Source of the DNA: Parasitella parasitica NRRL 2501
Taxonomy: Eukaryota; Fungi; Mucoromycota
Assembly (NCBI GenBank): GCA_025201805.1
Contig: MU619364.1
Coordinates: 15,119 to 79,118 of the forward strand
Direction: 5' to 3'
DNA length: 64,000 nt
How positions within the stretch are numbered: the stretch's first letter is position 1; every line of letters begins with the position of its first letter. Both the position numbers and the translations under genes were made by a program. The notes beneath the pieces are model-generated. The model saw only the letters and a program-made list of their open reading frames with translations, ran no database searches and had not been told where the DNA came from. Positions 25,581 to 37,439 of this stretch are shown here, one piece after another.

Positions 25581-26849
25581 AGCGAGAAGCGCCGCTGGAG
25601 GAGTCAGATTGTGGATGATTTGAACATTTTCTATCTCAAATCCTCGCTCTTCGACAGCGTTGTGGATGAGGTCGATATTAGGGTCGGTGCAGATGAACAT
25701 GGCCATTTCGGTCTGTATATTGACATACACAGATTCAGGCTCCACATTAGGCAATTCATGCTGCAGTGCGTCGGTTACAGAAGCAACACAGGAATCACAA
25801 GCCATTCCCAAGACACGCATCACCACCTTCCTTTTACCTCCATTTGGACCGTCATTATCATTTGGCCCTTGTAGCATTGACGAGCTTTCATTCGTAGCTG
25901 TTATGGTGATAGAAACTGGCTGGCTGTCGACAGGCGCTGCTAAATCCAGAGATCCTCTTGTCATTCCTGATCTAAAGCGTGGCTTTCCGTTCAAATCATA
26001 GCCAAGCTCCTCAATGACTTGCTGGATCATGCTGGCACTCACTATGCCCCCTTCAAACGAAAACGAGCCTTTTCTGTTCTCCAAGCTCATCGAAACTGAC
26101 CCAGGAATAACCCCAGGCAGCTTTTGTAGAGCCTCTGATATGGTCCTGACACAATAAAGACATGTCATTCCAGAAATGGAAAATACAGCGGTTTGAGTGC
26201 CGTCATTCGAAACTGTTTCCTCTTGTTGCCCTTGCAAGCCAGGATTAAAAGTAACTTGGCCAACGTTGTACCCAAGGTCTTCAATGGTTTCCCTTATTCT
26301 GTCCTTTGTGATGGAGTCATCAGGACTGATAAATTGCATAGTCGCTAGCTCATCGTCCAAGGATACTTGCACAGATCCAGGATCAACAAAAGGCAATTCG
26401 CAAAGTGCCTTCTCGATAGCACTTGTGCAGTGTGAGCATGTCATTCCCGTAACAGAAGCTGATACAATGAGATTATCACTGCTGCTACTGCTGCTGTTGA
26501 TGCCGCTGTTATTATTTGATTTGCTATCTGGTGTTGTAAGGATCGGTGTACCGGCGTCGTATCCTAGATCTTCAATCAGCTCTGAAATGTCATGCTGTAA
26601 ATCTGATACGGCCTTGCTGTTCAAATCCTCAAAATAAAAGGATACTAGCGAATCTTGCAAGCTGACATGTATTGTGGATGAATTGATCCCGGGAAACCCC
26701 TCTAAGGCTTTGGTAATGGTATTGACACAATGCTAAAAAAAAAAGTATAAATGGTGAATATCTCTTTGGGAAGAGTGGCGCTCTCATGGATATAAACTTA
26801 CATCACAGGTCATGCCTCCCACTTTGACTTTGACTGAATAATTGCTCAT
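21847..26849 (-). CDS. Copper-transporting P1B-type ATPase with seven N-terminal HMA domains
   Basis: GMxCxxC x7; TGES, ACPC, DKTGT, HPL, TGD, GDGINDSP, YN and MxxSS motifs; start MSNYSVKVKVGGMTCD at 26849. Confidence 0.95.
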
Positions 26850-27253
26850 TAGTCTATGTAAAATTTATATGTATAAGTGAAAGAGAAAGATGTCAATGTG
26901 ATCCCTTAACCCCATCTGCGAACCTTTTATATACATGTCAAAAAAGGCAATCGTGACTCGAGATCACACGAAATGAGCAATTTCTGCTGCTGCACGCACA
27001 AAGTGATCATTCTTGGAAATCATAGGATTTCATGTTTAATACGGCCTGGCTAGTGAGTGCTGTCGGCCACAAAAAGTATCAAGAGAATGGCTGCTTCTGT
27101 TTATTTTTGCTAATATATCCTCTCTCTCATTTGTCTTTCTTTATTCATCACCTATATATGCACTCACAGTAATTCGACCTAAATTGGGTTTTGCATTAAC
27201 TAACAATATTAGACCTTGCTCCTTTGATTACTTTTTTTTTTTTGTAACCACCA

Positions 27254-27754
27254 ATGTCCAATAGCCGGACTACATACCAAATTCTTTCACTGCTATATGA
27301 CAGTACTATGTAAACAAATAAATAAAGAAAAAATTGCATTGCACAAGCTTTTATCAGATGGGTTTATGCATTTAAAGATGAATGAATGCTTGACTCTTGT
27401 TTTGACAGGTACATGTGGCATGCCACTGGAATCATCATACATCAACGGCCTATATACCGTACTGGACACGTAATGTTGAGCTTACAAGCAATATTAAAAG
27501 CAGAATCTGAGATTCAGGGTCCTTTCCTTTAAATCAAAACCGGAGCATGGACTTGTCTACTAAGTGATCCTGCAATAACAAAAGGTTTATAGTATATTAG
27601 CAGCACACTTCTGAATGATTACTGCAATGCCTTTCTACCTCACATCCTCAATGGATCCAATGCTGCTGCAGATGTTCATAATTTTGTCACTGCGGAACTC
27701 GAACGAGCGTTGTTTTGCGATCTTATCAAATATGGTAAATCACATTTGTCGTGA
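27254..27754 (+). CDS. Putative small multi-exon hypothetical gene
   Basis: ATG after TATA-like CTATATAT (~27152); short coding-like exons with AG/GT boundaries; last exon STLLNDYCNAFLPHILNG..LIKYGKSHLS*. Splicing not fully resolved. Confidence 0.3.
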
Positions 27755-27981
27755 AAGCTGCAAGAGCTTTTTGTTTACGTTTATATTCAAACTATAAATG
27801 GTGGGGCGGAAAAATTGTTTGATTTATTTAAATAGATGATCACTATATGCAAAAAAAAAAAAAAGAAAAAAGTAAAAAGAAAAGTGGATGGCAGATGTAT
27901 TTATGTACATGTTGTAGATAATCACCAAATGATGGGTGTTCAAATGAGGAGAATATTTAGGATCCGTAAGTTTGAGTGTGG

Positions 27982-29171
27982 TTAATCGCCTCCTCCGCCA
28001 CCTTCATGAGCTTCCTTGCCTTTGACTGCTGCAGCAACATGTAGACCAAATTCAACAGCCGCATTAAAGATGAATTGCCATGCAAATGAAACGAGGAACA
28101 GGAACAAGGTCAAAGCCAATAAAACATAGACAAATTTACCAACTTCATAATCTACCAAATGCAGAGGGTTCCTGTTTAATAGCTTTTCAGCACCTGCAAT
28201 GTATCCCACCCTGGCCAAGCAGTCGATGCCGAAAAAGAAGATGTAAGCTCCCACAAACGAACTTGTAAACAACATGATCGGGCGATGTGCAAAGTACACA
28301 ACAATCGTAAATGCCAATGCCATGCCAGCCAAGAAGCAAGATCTTCCAATTAGCTATAGAGTCAACAAGAACAATCGTTAATACCTGTTATCGCTTCACT
28401 ACGTACAATTAGCGACTTACATGGACAATCAATAAATCACTCCTCCATGTGCAGATGTACACTGCAAAAAGAAAACCGCCAAAGGCTAGAGGCTAGTGTT
28501 AGTAACAAAGTCGTTTGAATATGGGTTATCATCATATACCAGCACTAAGATACATGGCGATAGTCCAAAGAAGATAATAAGCAATCGCTCCAACGATACC
28601 GACGCCCACGGGAACGACAATCATGGTGATAGAGTCTCGGCTGTATCCCGCCTCTGGCCTGAGGTTTGCCAGTGCTATCCAAGTCATAGACCCGAGTGTC
28701 AGCAATCCCATGATAGCAAACATAACCTTGGCCAAACGGAACCCCATTGCAGCTAAAAATAACCCTAATACGATCAGGATCGCACCCAGCGATGCCATCT
28801 GAGGAGAAATTCCAGACTCTGTTCCGTAAACAGCAGCTAGCCGACAGTTTCATTTAGTTCAAACAATGAAATAAAGCAGTAGCAAAACAGCACTTACTAT
28901 ACCAAGCGGCTCCTCCAACCGCAATGACCATTGGCGCTGTATTTCCAGAGCCCTTGCCATCCGAGTGAGGCTTCCCTGTTGGTTTTGATGTCGATCTGGT
29001 TGTTTTTGTCGAGGTTGTCTTTGATCCGACGTTATGAAACTCGTTTACATCATTGTCCTCTTGCCGTCTAACAACCGCAATTGATGTTGGTGTGGGGTGC
29101 GAATCAATTGAGACGACAAGGAATAGCGCAATAACTGCACAGAAAAATGTCCATTTGATGAAACCTTTCAT
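27982..29171 (-). CDS. Multi-pass membrane protein with signal peptide, DUF4203/TM7SF3-like
   Basis: Signal peptide, Thr/Ser linker, then GLFLAAMGFRL..TWIAL..GGFLFAVYI..TSSFVGAY.FF.GID TM pattern. Confidence 0.75.
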
Positions 29172-31084
29172 TTTTCCAGCGAAAAAACAAAAGAGAGAGA
29201 GAGAGAGAGAGAGTGGAAAAGAAAGGAAGAACGTTTTACTTGAAGATCATAGTTGACTTTGAAGGAAGCCCCCTTTTATACACTGCAGCGTATATAAAAG
29301 GTATGTGGTACATAAACAACCTAATTATAGTAAACTGCTATAAACATCAGGGAATAAGAAAAGAGAATCTCGGGATTGCACCCATTTTCACTAAGAATAG
29401 ATACATGGTGATTTACCCTTTGGTTTTTCTTCTCCAAGAACCGGCTAGTAAAGAACTGGAAATTCCGAGTTGGGATTATATTGCATATATATACGCCATA
29501 ACAACAACAAATAGAGACGTAAAACGTTTATGATGGAATCGTCGTCTACCTGTTTCAACAAGGAAATGTCGCCAGCAGTATTACTTTGTGTCCATATGTT
29601 TACGACACACATGGACATGCAATTGCATTAATAAAATACATATAATATTCAGAAGCTATATTTGAAGAAATAATCCTCCAGATGGAGACTAGTGCGCCCC
29701 ATGGCCTTCAAATTCAGGTTTTGATCTGTCATGTATTGCAGCCTTATGGTTTTCATTGTGGCTTTGATTCTATTTGTTTTAGTAACAAAGCTATCAGACT
29801 TGCGGCTCCTTCCTTGCCGTGTTCTTGGAATAAAGACAGGCGAGATCATCAACTGACAAAGGTTACTCAGAGAACAAAAATTGCCACATTTCACTCAAAA
29901 GAAGGCGTACTAAAAATCATTGACTAGTTTAGAAAACGTAAGAATTGAAACATACTGCATACAGATCTTGTAGAGTACGGTTACTACAGAAGCACAAACA
30001 TTTGCTTACTTTTGCTCTCCTTCTATACTTCTTTGGAGCGTCTCTTTATCCATCTGGATTTATAAGTAGATTGTGAAGATTTTTTGTCTTGCAAAATGGC
30101 AAATTTTTTCGTCTTTTGAAAATAAAAGCATCAGTATAAGCTGGTGTACAATGCAGGCTAGAGTGTAGGCAACAGTGTGAAAGTGTGCAATTACTAGTTT
30201 GGATTTTCTGGTCTCTGCAAAAGTTTAGCCACAAAATACAACGGTTACCTAAGCGAAGGTTGAAGAAGTGGTACCTTTGGAAGCCGAGGCAAAGGCAGCA
30301 AGTATTGTATTAAGCACAACGTACATCCAAATAATGCGGTTTTTTCTCCCGCGTCAATAAAGGTAACAGTGAAAACCATGAACTGAGATTTGTCTAGAAT
30401 CAAAGACATAATAGAAATAATCAAGTTGTAGACCTCAAACGTAAGCTCAGTTGATGCAGTGGACGACACGCAAGGTAACCTACGCCCAAGCACCTTTTTG
30501 CAGAAAACGACAACGTGAGATGCTTAATTGTAGACAGGGTCAATATCAGTAATTGCACCTAGTGTGTATGCTGGATCTTAAGCTCACTTCAAGTAATTTA
30601 GGATAATGAGAATACACAATCACACTTGACATTGACGATGTCAGTTTTATATGTAATGTTGTGTTTTACTTTAAAAGATAGAATCAGCTTTTAGCTTTTA
30701 CGAAAATACGTATATACGTATATGAATTAGGAAAAAAAAAAAAAAAAAAGGCGCCTATGTAGATAAATATTGGCATGATGTGCTCTAAACCCAAATAGTT
30801 TTTCGCCATTTCTCTGTTGATCCTGAATTGCAGCTGTATGGTATCATAATGTTTCCTTGTCCCAGCCACGCTTACAAAGTAGATGTGAAACTACTCAAGT
30901 AGCATTGGACGTATAAATTTTCTAAATATTCTCTTTCAATTCTTTTGAGGACGATGTTTTTGACGCAACATTTATGATGAATGAATCATGCTGCATTCAT
31001 TGATGCCAGCATTATTGGTGCTCCAAGAATTAAGAAGTGGGGTTTTTTGACTGTGTTTGTTGGATGTACTGTTTTTTGAATATG

Positions 31085-31186
31085 AGTTTGCGTTGAGATA
31101 AAAATTTATTTGCGCTGACATTAAAAGAATATTTACGTCAAGGTAAAAATAGTTTTGCGTTGCTTAGTAATAAATTTTGCGCCAAG
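31085..31186. repeat. Subterminal TTTGCG(T/C) direct repeats (x4), probable transposase binding sites; mirrored at 37531-37632
   Basis: tttgcgttg, tttgcgctg, ttttgcgttg and ttttgcgcc within ~120 bp of the terminus. Confidence 0.55.
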
Positions 31187-31277
31187 AAATTAGAAAAAAA
31201 ATATATAAAATAACCTAAAATATCGTAAAGGTTTCAACTCCTTTTTTCTTTTATTTAGTTTGAATATTAGAACAAAC

Positions 31278-32669
31278 ATGCAAAGCGTTAGTAAATTTAT
31301 TACTAATAGTGAAATTATTTCAGATAACGATATGGACACTTCATCTGACGATTATATGGAAGATGACGAGCAAGAAGAAATGGAAATTGAGCATTTCAGT
31401 TTGAGCGAAGAATGGATGGAGAAAATAAGACGCATTGGGAATGATTCTCTATCATATGTACGTGAATATATGGAAGTAGATTTAATAGAGGAAGAGAATG
31501 AAGATTTTTTTGGAGATGCTTTTCTCTTCGCAGAGTCAATGCCATTGAGAAAAAGACATACGGCTTTGAATGTTAAAACAAGAGGTTCTTACAGAAAATA
31601 TACTCCTAAACAAGTTGAGAAACTCTTCGACTTAATAATCGAAGAAGGATTCACGACAAAAGCTGCAGCTTTAGCCACTGGGATTAATGTACGCACTGCC
31701 CAGAATTACGTTAAAACTTATAACAATGATCCTGAGAGACGACTTCCAGGATCTTATTCTAAACCTCATGGAAGACCTCGTAATAAGTTGACTGAGGAGC
31801 ATTCTAAATTTCTAGTTGACTATATCGAAAAGAATACCACTGCTATATTAGATGAGTTAAAGTTAAAACTTTGTGAGAAATTTGAGGGTTTAAAAATCTC
31901 TATTTCTGCCATCCACAAACATTTAGTACATAAGCATAAAATTACGTTAAAGAAACTTGAAAAAATACCAGCAGCAAGAAATTCTGACAGAGTAATAGCA
32001 TTACGAAAAGCGATTGTTGAACAATATAAGAGTGATGCAGATATGGATTTTTCTAAGAATTGTGTTTTTATCGATGAAGCAGGTTTCAATTTGCATACGC
32101 AAAGAAACCACGGCCGTTCATTAAAAGGCACACCTGCAAAGGGCACTGTACCAACTGGAAAAGGTGTAACATTTACAATTTTAGGTGCAATTTCTCAAGC
32201 AGGTATCATAAATATTGGAGTTAAAAAACCAGAATCAGCTTCTTCTAAAAAAAGAAGGGCAGATGGTAAGGAAGTAAAAATAAATGGCAAAGTTGGGACA
32301 AGAACTGAGCACTTTTTGGCTTATCTAAACAACGTAATGGATACACTGGATAAAAATAATATAAAGGGGCAGTATATTGTTTTGGATAATGCACCTATTC
32401 ATAAGCCAAAAGTAATCAAAGCATTGATCGAAGAACGAGGACATAAGTGCATATATTTGCCACCATATTCTCCTTTCTTGAATCCAATCGAGGAATTTTG
32501 GTCAAAAGTAAAGGCTGGTGTTAGAAGAACACCATTGACGACAGATGATCGTCTCACAGATCGTATATGTGAAGCGGCTGGAAAAGTAACAAAAAAAGAT
32601 TGTGAAGGATGGATTAAGCATTCAATATCATTTTTCCAGAAGTGTTTGAATGAGGAAAGAAATCTTTAA
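31278..32669 (+). CDS. IS630/Tc1-family DD34E transposase (left arm, intact, ~463 aa)
   Basis: HTH (AAALATGINVRTAQNYV), VFIDEAGF, IVLDNAPIH, YLPPYSPFLNPIEEFW; 34 residues between second D and E. Confidence 0.95.
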   Translation: MQSVSKFITNSEIISDNDMDTSSDDYMEDDEQEEMEIEHFSLSEEWMEKIRRIGNDSLSYVREYMEVDLIEEENEDFFGDAFLFAESMPLRKRHTALNVKTRGSYRKYTPKQVEKLFDLIIEEGFTTKAAALATGINVRTAQNYVKTYNNDPERRLPGSYSKPHGRPRNKLTEEHSKFLVDYIEKNTTAILDELKLKLCEKFEGLKISISAIHKHLVHKHKITLKKLEKIPAARNSDRVIALRKAIVEQYKSDADMDFSKNCVFIDEAGFNLHTQRNHGRSLKGTPAKGTVPTGKGVTFTILGAISQAGIINIGVKKPESASSKKRRADGKEVKINGKVGTRTEHFLAYLNNVMDTLDKNNIKGQYIVLDNAPIHKPKVIKALIEERGHKCIYLPPYSPFLNPIEEFWSKVKAGVRRTPLTTDDRLTDRICEAAGKVTKKDCEGWIKHSISFFQKCLNEERNL

Positions 32670-32736
32670 AATAGTCAGTAGGAGTGCAGCTTTCAACAGA
32701 CGCACTCTGAATGCTCACTGAGATTTGAACAACATG

Positions 32737-32807
<71 letters not shown>

Positions 32808-32964
32808 AAAGGAAAAAAGAAAAACGATAAAAGCAAGAAGAAAAGTTAATATTGAAATTAAAGGATAAAAAAGCCCATCATTTAATAACATAAATGCAAT
32901 ACATATGAATAAATACTGTACAACCATTAATATCTTAAAGCTTAACATAAATATATCTACAGTA

Positions 32965-34638
32965 TTAAAATCGAACTGGGCAACTTCGATTACGGTCCTT
33001 TGTTGGGTCTGTCAAATCAATCAAATCAGTAAGTTTTACTGATGTTCGGCGTCTTTGTTGCATAATACTTGGTATATCAGACTTTTTACAGAACTTCCAA
33101 AAGACATGGCATACAAGTAGCAAGATATTCAAGTTTTTAAGGTTTGTGAAAACTGGAAGTTGTGCCAAAGAGGAAGGGAATTCAAGGTGGCCGACCTCAT
33201 ACATAACATAAAGTCCGTCATGGTCCAGTCTTGTTAGAAAAAATGTAATGGCAAATCCTATATTTACAAAATTAGCTACTCTCAAACACAAATCTATGGG
33301 TATAGTAGACATAAAAAAATTAAATTACCGTGGATTTGAAATGAAATTGAAGACTCCAGAAGGTGCAAGTCAATAGCTTCCTTGCTAAAACAAGCGACTC
33401 TCGCCAAGTCCATACATAACGCCGCTTTGTTACATGTTGGTTCCGCAATTTTAACTTCACCGTGTCCAAGGGTAGCACTAAACTTTAGTTGGTCAACAAT
33501 AGAAACTACAGCATCTGGTCTCAAAGGCAAACTGGGGCTAATAACTTTGTCTAGCCACCTTAACAATACTGATCTTTCTGAATTAGCAAGAACACAAGAC
33601 AACAACGAGTCGAAATAAGTATTCCAGAGCTCAGTTTCACTAATGGCGCTCACATCATTTATGGAATTCTTGGGCAACTTTTGAATCCTAAGGCGAAGAT
33701 AAGAAGGTGAGAAGGTGAGAAGGTGAGAAAGGGAGAATGGTATTCAACGAGAAGAAACACTTACAACATAGCGAGACCCACTATGACTCTCTGTTTTTCA
33801 TATGGCATCTTTGATGCAATTTGTAATAATCCTGCAGTAGTTGACAGTACTGATGTGATTCCGGAGTCTAGGTTCATAATGTTTTCAACGATGCTCATAA
33901 ATTCTGCTGGAGTAAACTTCATATCTGGAATTCAATTTTCTTCTGGAATTCATCATGTATTTTGGCTAACAAAGAATCAGTAAAGACTGAACGCATCAAG
34001 TGACTGTACTGAAGGGGTTGTAGCAAGAGGATATTATTTAATGACAATAATTCCTGAACATGTTCTTCCATCTTGAGAGTCTGGTTGCCCTGTATTATAC
34101 GTTTCACTTCGTTTTTAAAGATTCGGAAACAATCTTGAATATCATTCAATGGCTCTTGTTGTACATGTTCGTGATGTGGAGGTTCTTGTGCCGGTTCATC
34201 GTACAGGAGTGTCCTTGCTTGTTCATCATTCAAATTGACTTCGCTTGCTGCTGCATCAGGTATAATTTCTCCAATTCTTGCTTGAGTCTGTGTTGACAGT
34301 TCTTCATCACCATTTCGTAATTCATTAGCTTCCTGTTCAGCAACATCTCCGACATAGTCAGCGCAGATTCCATGTATTCTATCTCTTACAATATTTCGTC
34401 GTTTCTCCTTCCAGTAATTTTTGTAATCAGATGATAATTTGAATGCTGTAAATTCTCGTGTCAATTGTTGGACTTTCTCATTATTAACCAGATATTTCTG
34501 TAAGATAGTGTTATATCTGCGATTAGCTTTTCGGCTGTCGGTAAAATTATATTCGTCAAAGAAGGCTTTTGCTGTTAAGGTTTGAATATTCTCTTTGCAC
34601 CATTTTGCATCATCAGGAATCTTACGTGGCATTTTCAT
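32965..34638 (-). CDS. Cargo of element B: ~510-aa protein with C-terminal PD-(D/E)xK-like nuclease domain; 3 exons, one apparent frameshift near 33930
   Basis: Introns 33764-33688 and 33328-33258 join in frame; LRW..LRPDAVV..GHGEVK..DLARVACFSKEAID..FQIHG|FAITFF..GLYVMYEVG..FPSSL. A frameshift is needed between KKIE and IPDMKF. Confidence 0.75.
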
Positions 34639-34892
34639 GTAAAAAAGACAAAAAAAAAACGCTGTTACTAAATGAGAATGCGGTCATTTACTCCGATTTC
34701 GGTCATTTAATGGTTTGGGTGGGAAAGTACTGATGACAAAGTGGCTTCGCGACATTTATCTCTGACGGCTTCAAAAAAAAAAATTGTGCTTGTTTTTTTC
34801 TTTTTGTTTTTGTAAGTGCCAATCATGAAGATGCCCTGTGGCCAGTAGTTTGTGATTGTGATAGAATTGTATATTTCTTCTTGAATCATAAA

Positions 34893-35096
34893 GCGAAAAA
34901 CCCCGGATACTGTCTCCCCTGCGATGTTTACTATTTTGCAAATGTCCCTGGAGATGGGTTGTTCATGTTTCTTGAATGCGTTGCAGCTAGTAGTCTGTGA
35001 TTCCTTAATAGAAATATGTATTCACTGGCGAACCCTCCCGATATCATCTCTCTTGCGACATTCACTATATTGCGAATGTCCCCAGAGATGAGTTTC
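34893..35096 (+). ncRNA. Two diverged copies of a ~60-nt stem-loop with compensatory substitutions (candidate structured RNA) in the core of element B
   Basis: Copy1 TGTCTCC..GATGTTT..AAATGTC..GGAGATG; copy2 CATCTCT..GACATTC..GAATGTC..AGAGATG; stem differences preserve pairing, with G-U wobbles on the + strand. Confidence 0.45.
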
Positions 35097-35281
35097 AAGA
35101 AGGCACTTACGCATTACTTTTAACTGTGAAGCTTTAAAATTTACTTCAGTAATTTTAAGTCAAGAAGATTCAAAAACAACGCTAAGTATTATCCTGATAA
35201 CATTAACACACTGTTATTCTAAACGTAATTTAAAACTAATTATATTTTTTTTGAACTTTATAAGTATATTATTCAGCCAAT

Positions 35282-35752
35282 ATGTAACAAAGCGGCGTTA
35301 TGTATGGACTTGGCGAGAGTCGCTTGTTTTAGCAAGGAAGCTATTGACTTGCACCTTCTGGAGTCTTCAATTTCATTTCAAATCCACGGTAATTTAATTT
35401 TTTTATGTCTACTATACCCATAGATTTGTGTTTGAGAGTAGCTAATTTTGTAAATATAGGATTTGCCATTACATTTTTTCTAACAAGACTGGACCATGAC
35501 GGACTTTATGTTATGTATGAGGTCGGCCACCTTGAATTCCCTTCCTCTTTGGCACAACTTCCAGTTTTCACAAACCTTAAAAACTTGAATATCTTGCTAC
35601 TTGTATGCCATGTCTTTTGGAAGTTCTGTAAAAAGTCTGATATACCAAGTATTATGCAACAAAGACGCCGAACATCAGTAAAACTTACTGATTTGATTGA
35701 TTTGACAGACCCAACAAAGGACCGTAATCGAAGTTGCCCAGTTCGATTTTAA
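35282..35752 (+). pseudogene. Duplicated 3' fragment of the element B cargo inside the right arm (lacks the PD and EVK codons)
   Basis: Exact reverse complement of 32965-33435. Confidence 0.85.
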
Positions 35753-35909
35753 TACTGTAGATATATTTATGTTAAGCTTTAAGATATTAATGGTTGTACA
35801 GTATTTATTCATATGTATTGCATTTATGTTATTAAATGATGGGCTTTTTTATCCTTTAATTTCAATATTAACTTTTCTTCTTGCTTTTATCGTTTTTCTT
35901 TTTTCCTTT

Positions 35910-35980
<71 letters not shown>

Positions 35981-36047
35981 CATGTTGTTCAAATCTCAGT
36001 GAGCATTCAGAGTGCGTCTGTTGAAAGCTGCACTCCTACTGACTATT

Positions 36048-37439
36048 TTAAAGATTTCTTTCCTCATTCAAACACTTCTGGAAAAATGATATTGAATGCT
36101 TAATCCATCCTTCACAATCTTTTTTTGTTACTTTTCCAGCCGCTTCACATATACGATCTGTGAGACGATCATCTGTCGTCAATGGTGTTCTTCTAACACC
36201 AGCCTTTACTTTTGACCAAAATTCCTCGATTGGATTCAAGAAAGGAGAATATGGTGGCAAATATATGCACTTATGTCCTCGTTCTTCGATCAATGCTTTG
36301 ATTACTTTTGGCTTATGAATAGGTGCATTATCCAAAACAATATACTGCCCCTTTATATTATTTTTATCCAGTGTATCCATTACGTTGTTTAGATAAGCCA
36401 AAAAGTGCTCAGTTCTTGTCCCAACTTTGCCATTTATTTTTACTTCCTTACCATCTGCCCTTCTTTTTTTAGAAGAAGCTGATTCTGGTTTTTTAACTCC
36501 AATATTTATGATACCTGCTTGAGAAATTGCACCTAAAATTGTAAATGTTACACCTTTTCCAGTTGGTACAGTGCCCTTTGCAGGTGTGCCTTTTAATGAA
36601 CGGCCGTGGTTTCTTTGCGTATGCAAATTGAAACCTGCTTCATCGATAAAAACACAATTCTTAGAAAAATCCATATCTGCATCACTCTTATATTGTTCAA
36701 CAATCGCTTTTCGTAATGCTATTACTCTGTCAGAATTTCTTGCTGCTGGTATTTTTTCAAGTTTCTTTAACGTAATTTTATGCTTATGTACTAAATGTTT
36801 GTGGATGGCAGAAATAGAGATTTTTAAACCCTCAAATTTCTCACAAAGTTTTAACTTTAACTCATCTAATATAGCAGTGGTATTCTTTTCGATATAGTCA
36901 ACTAGAAATTTAGAATGCTCCTCAGTCAACTTATTACGAGGTCTTCCATGAGGTTTAGAATAAGATCCTGGAAGTCGTCTCTCAGGATCATTGTTATAAG
37001 TTTTAACGTAATTCTGGGCAGTGCGTACATTAATCCCAGTGGCTAAAGCTGCAGCTTTTGTCGTGAATCCTTCTTCGATTATTAAGTCGAAGAGTTTCTC
37101 AACTTGTTTAGGAGTATATTTTCTGTAAGAACCTCTTGTTTTAACATTCAAAGCCGTATGTCTTTTTCTCAATGGCATTGACTCTGCGAAGAGAAAAGCA
37201 TCTCCAAAAAAATCTTCATTCTCTTCCTCTATTAAATCTACTTCCATATATTCACGTACATATGATAGAGAATCATTCCCAATGCGTCTTATTTTCTCCA
37301 TCCATTCTTCGCTCAAACTGAAATGCTCAATTTCCATTTCTTCTTGCTCGTCATCTTCCATATAATCGTCAGATGAAGTGTCCATATCGTTATCTGAAAT
37401 AATTTCACTATTAGTAATAAATTTACTAACGCTTTGCAT
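36048..37439 (-). CDS. IS630/Tc1-family DD34E transposase (right arm, identical protein)
   Basis: Translation identical to 31278-32669. Confidence 0.95.
   Translation of the reverse strand: MQSVSKFITNSEIISDNDMDTSSDDYMEDDEQEEMEIEHFSLSEEWMEKIRRIGNDSLSYVREYMEVDLIEEENEDFFGDAFLFAESMPLRKRHTALNVKTRGSYRKYTPKQVEKLFDLIIEEGFTTKAAALATGINVRTAQNYVKTYNNDPERRLPGSYSKPHGRPRNKLTEEHSKFLVDYIEKNTTAILDELKLKLCEKFEGLKISISAIHKHLVHKHKITLKKLEKIPAARNSDRVIALRKAIVEQYKSDADMDFSKNCVFIDEAGFNLHTQRNHGRSLKGTPAKGTVPTGKGVTFTILGAISQAGIINIGVKKPESASSKKRRADGKEVKINGKVGTRTEHFLAYLNNVMDTLDKNNIKGQYIVLDNAPIHKPKVIKALIEERGHKCIYLPPYSPFLNPIEEFWSKVKAGVRRTPLTTDDRLTDRICEAAGKVTKKDCEGWIKHSISFFQKCLNEERNL

Noticed and set aside
17374-26637. Many antisense ORFs overlapping the long genes
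   Set aside because: Shadow frames of real coding sequence on the opposite strand.
26950-27110. Ace1-type copper response elements (TNNNGCTG) upstream of the Cu-ATPase
   Set aside because: Motif too short and degenerate to support without comparative data.
29600-31060. Short ORFs, possibly a degenerate gene or TE next to element B
   Set aside because: No recognisable motif or consistent frame.
32737-32805. Poly-A after the transposase as evidence of retroposition
   Set aside because: Similar long homopolymers occur in ordinary introns here (16540-16592, 16772-16812); no TSD; lengths may be assembly-inflated.
32715-32948. Poly-Phe ORF and its mirror at 35769-36002
   Set aside because: Translation of the poly-T tract, not a gene.
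32965-34638. Cargo as Fanzor/TnpB, given the IS630/Tc1 association
   Set aside because: No RuvC D-E-D motifs or CxxC zinc ribbon visible; motifs fit PD-(D/E)xK instead.
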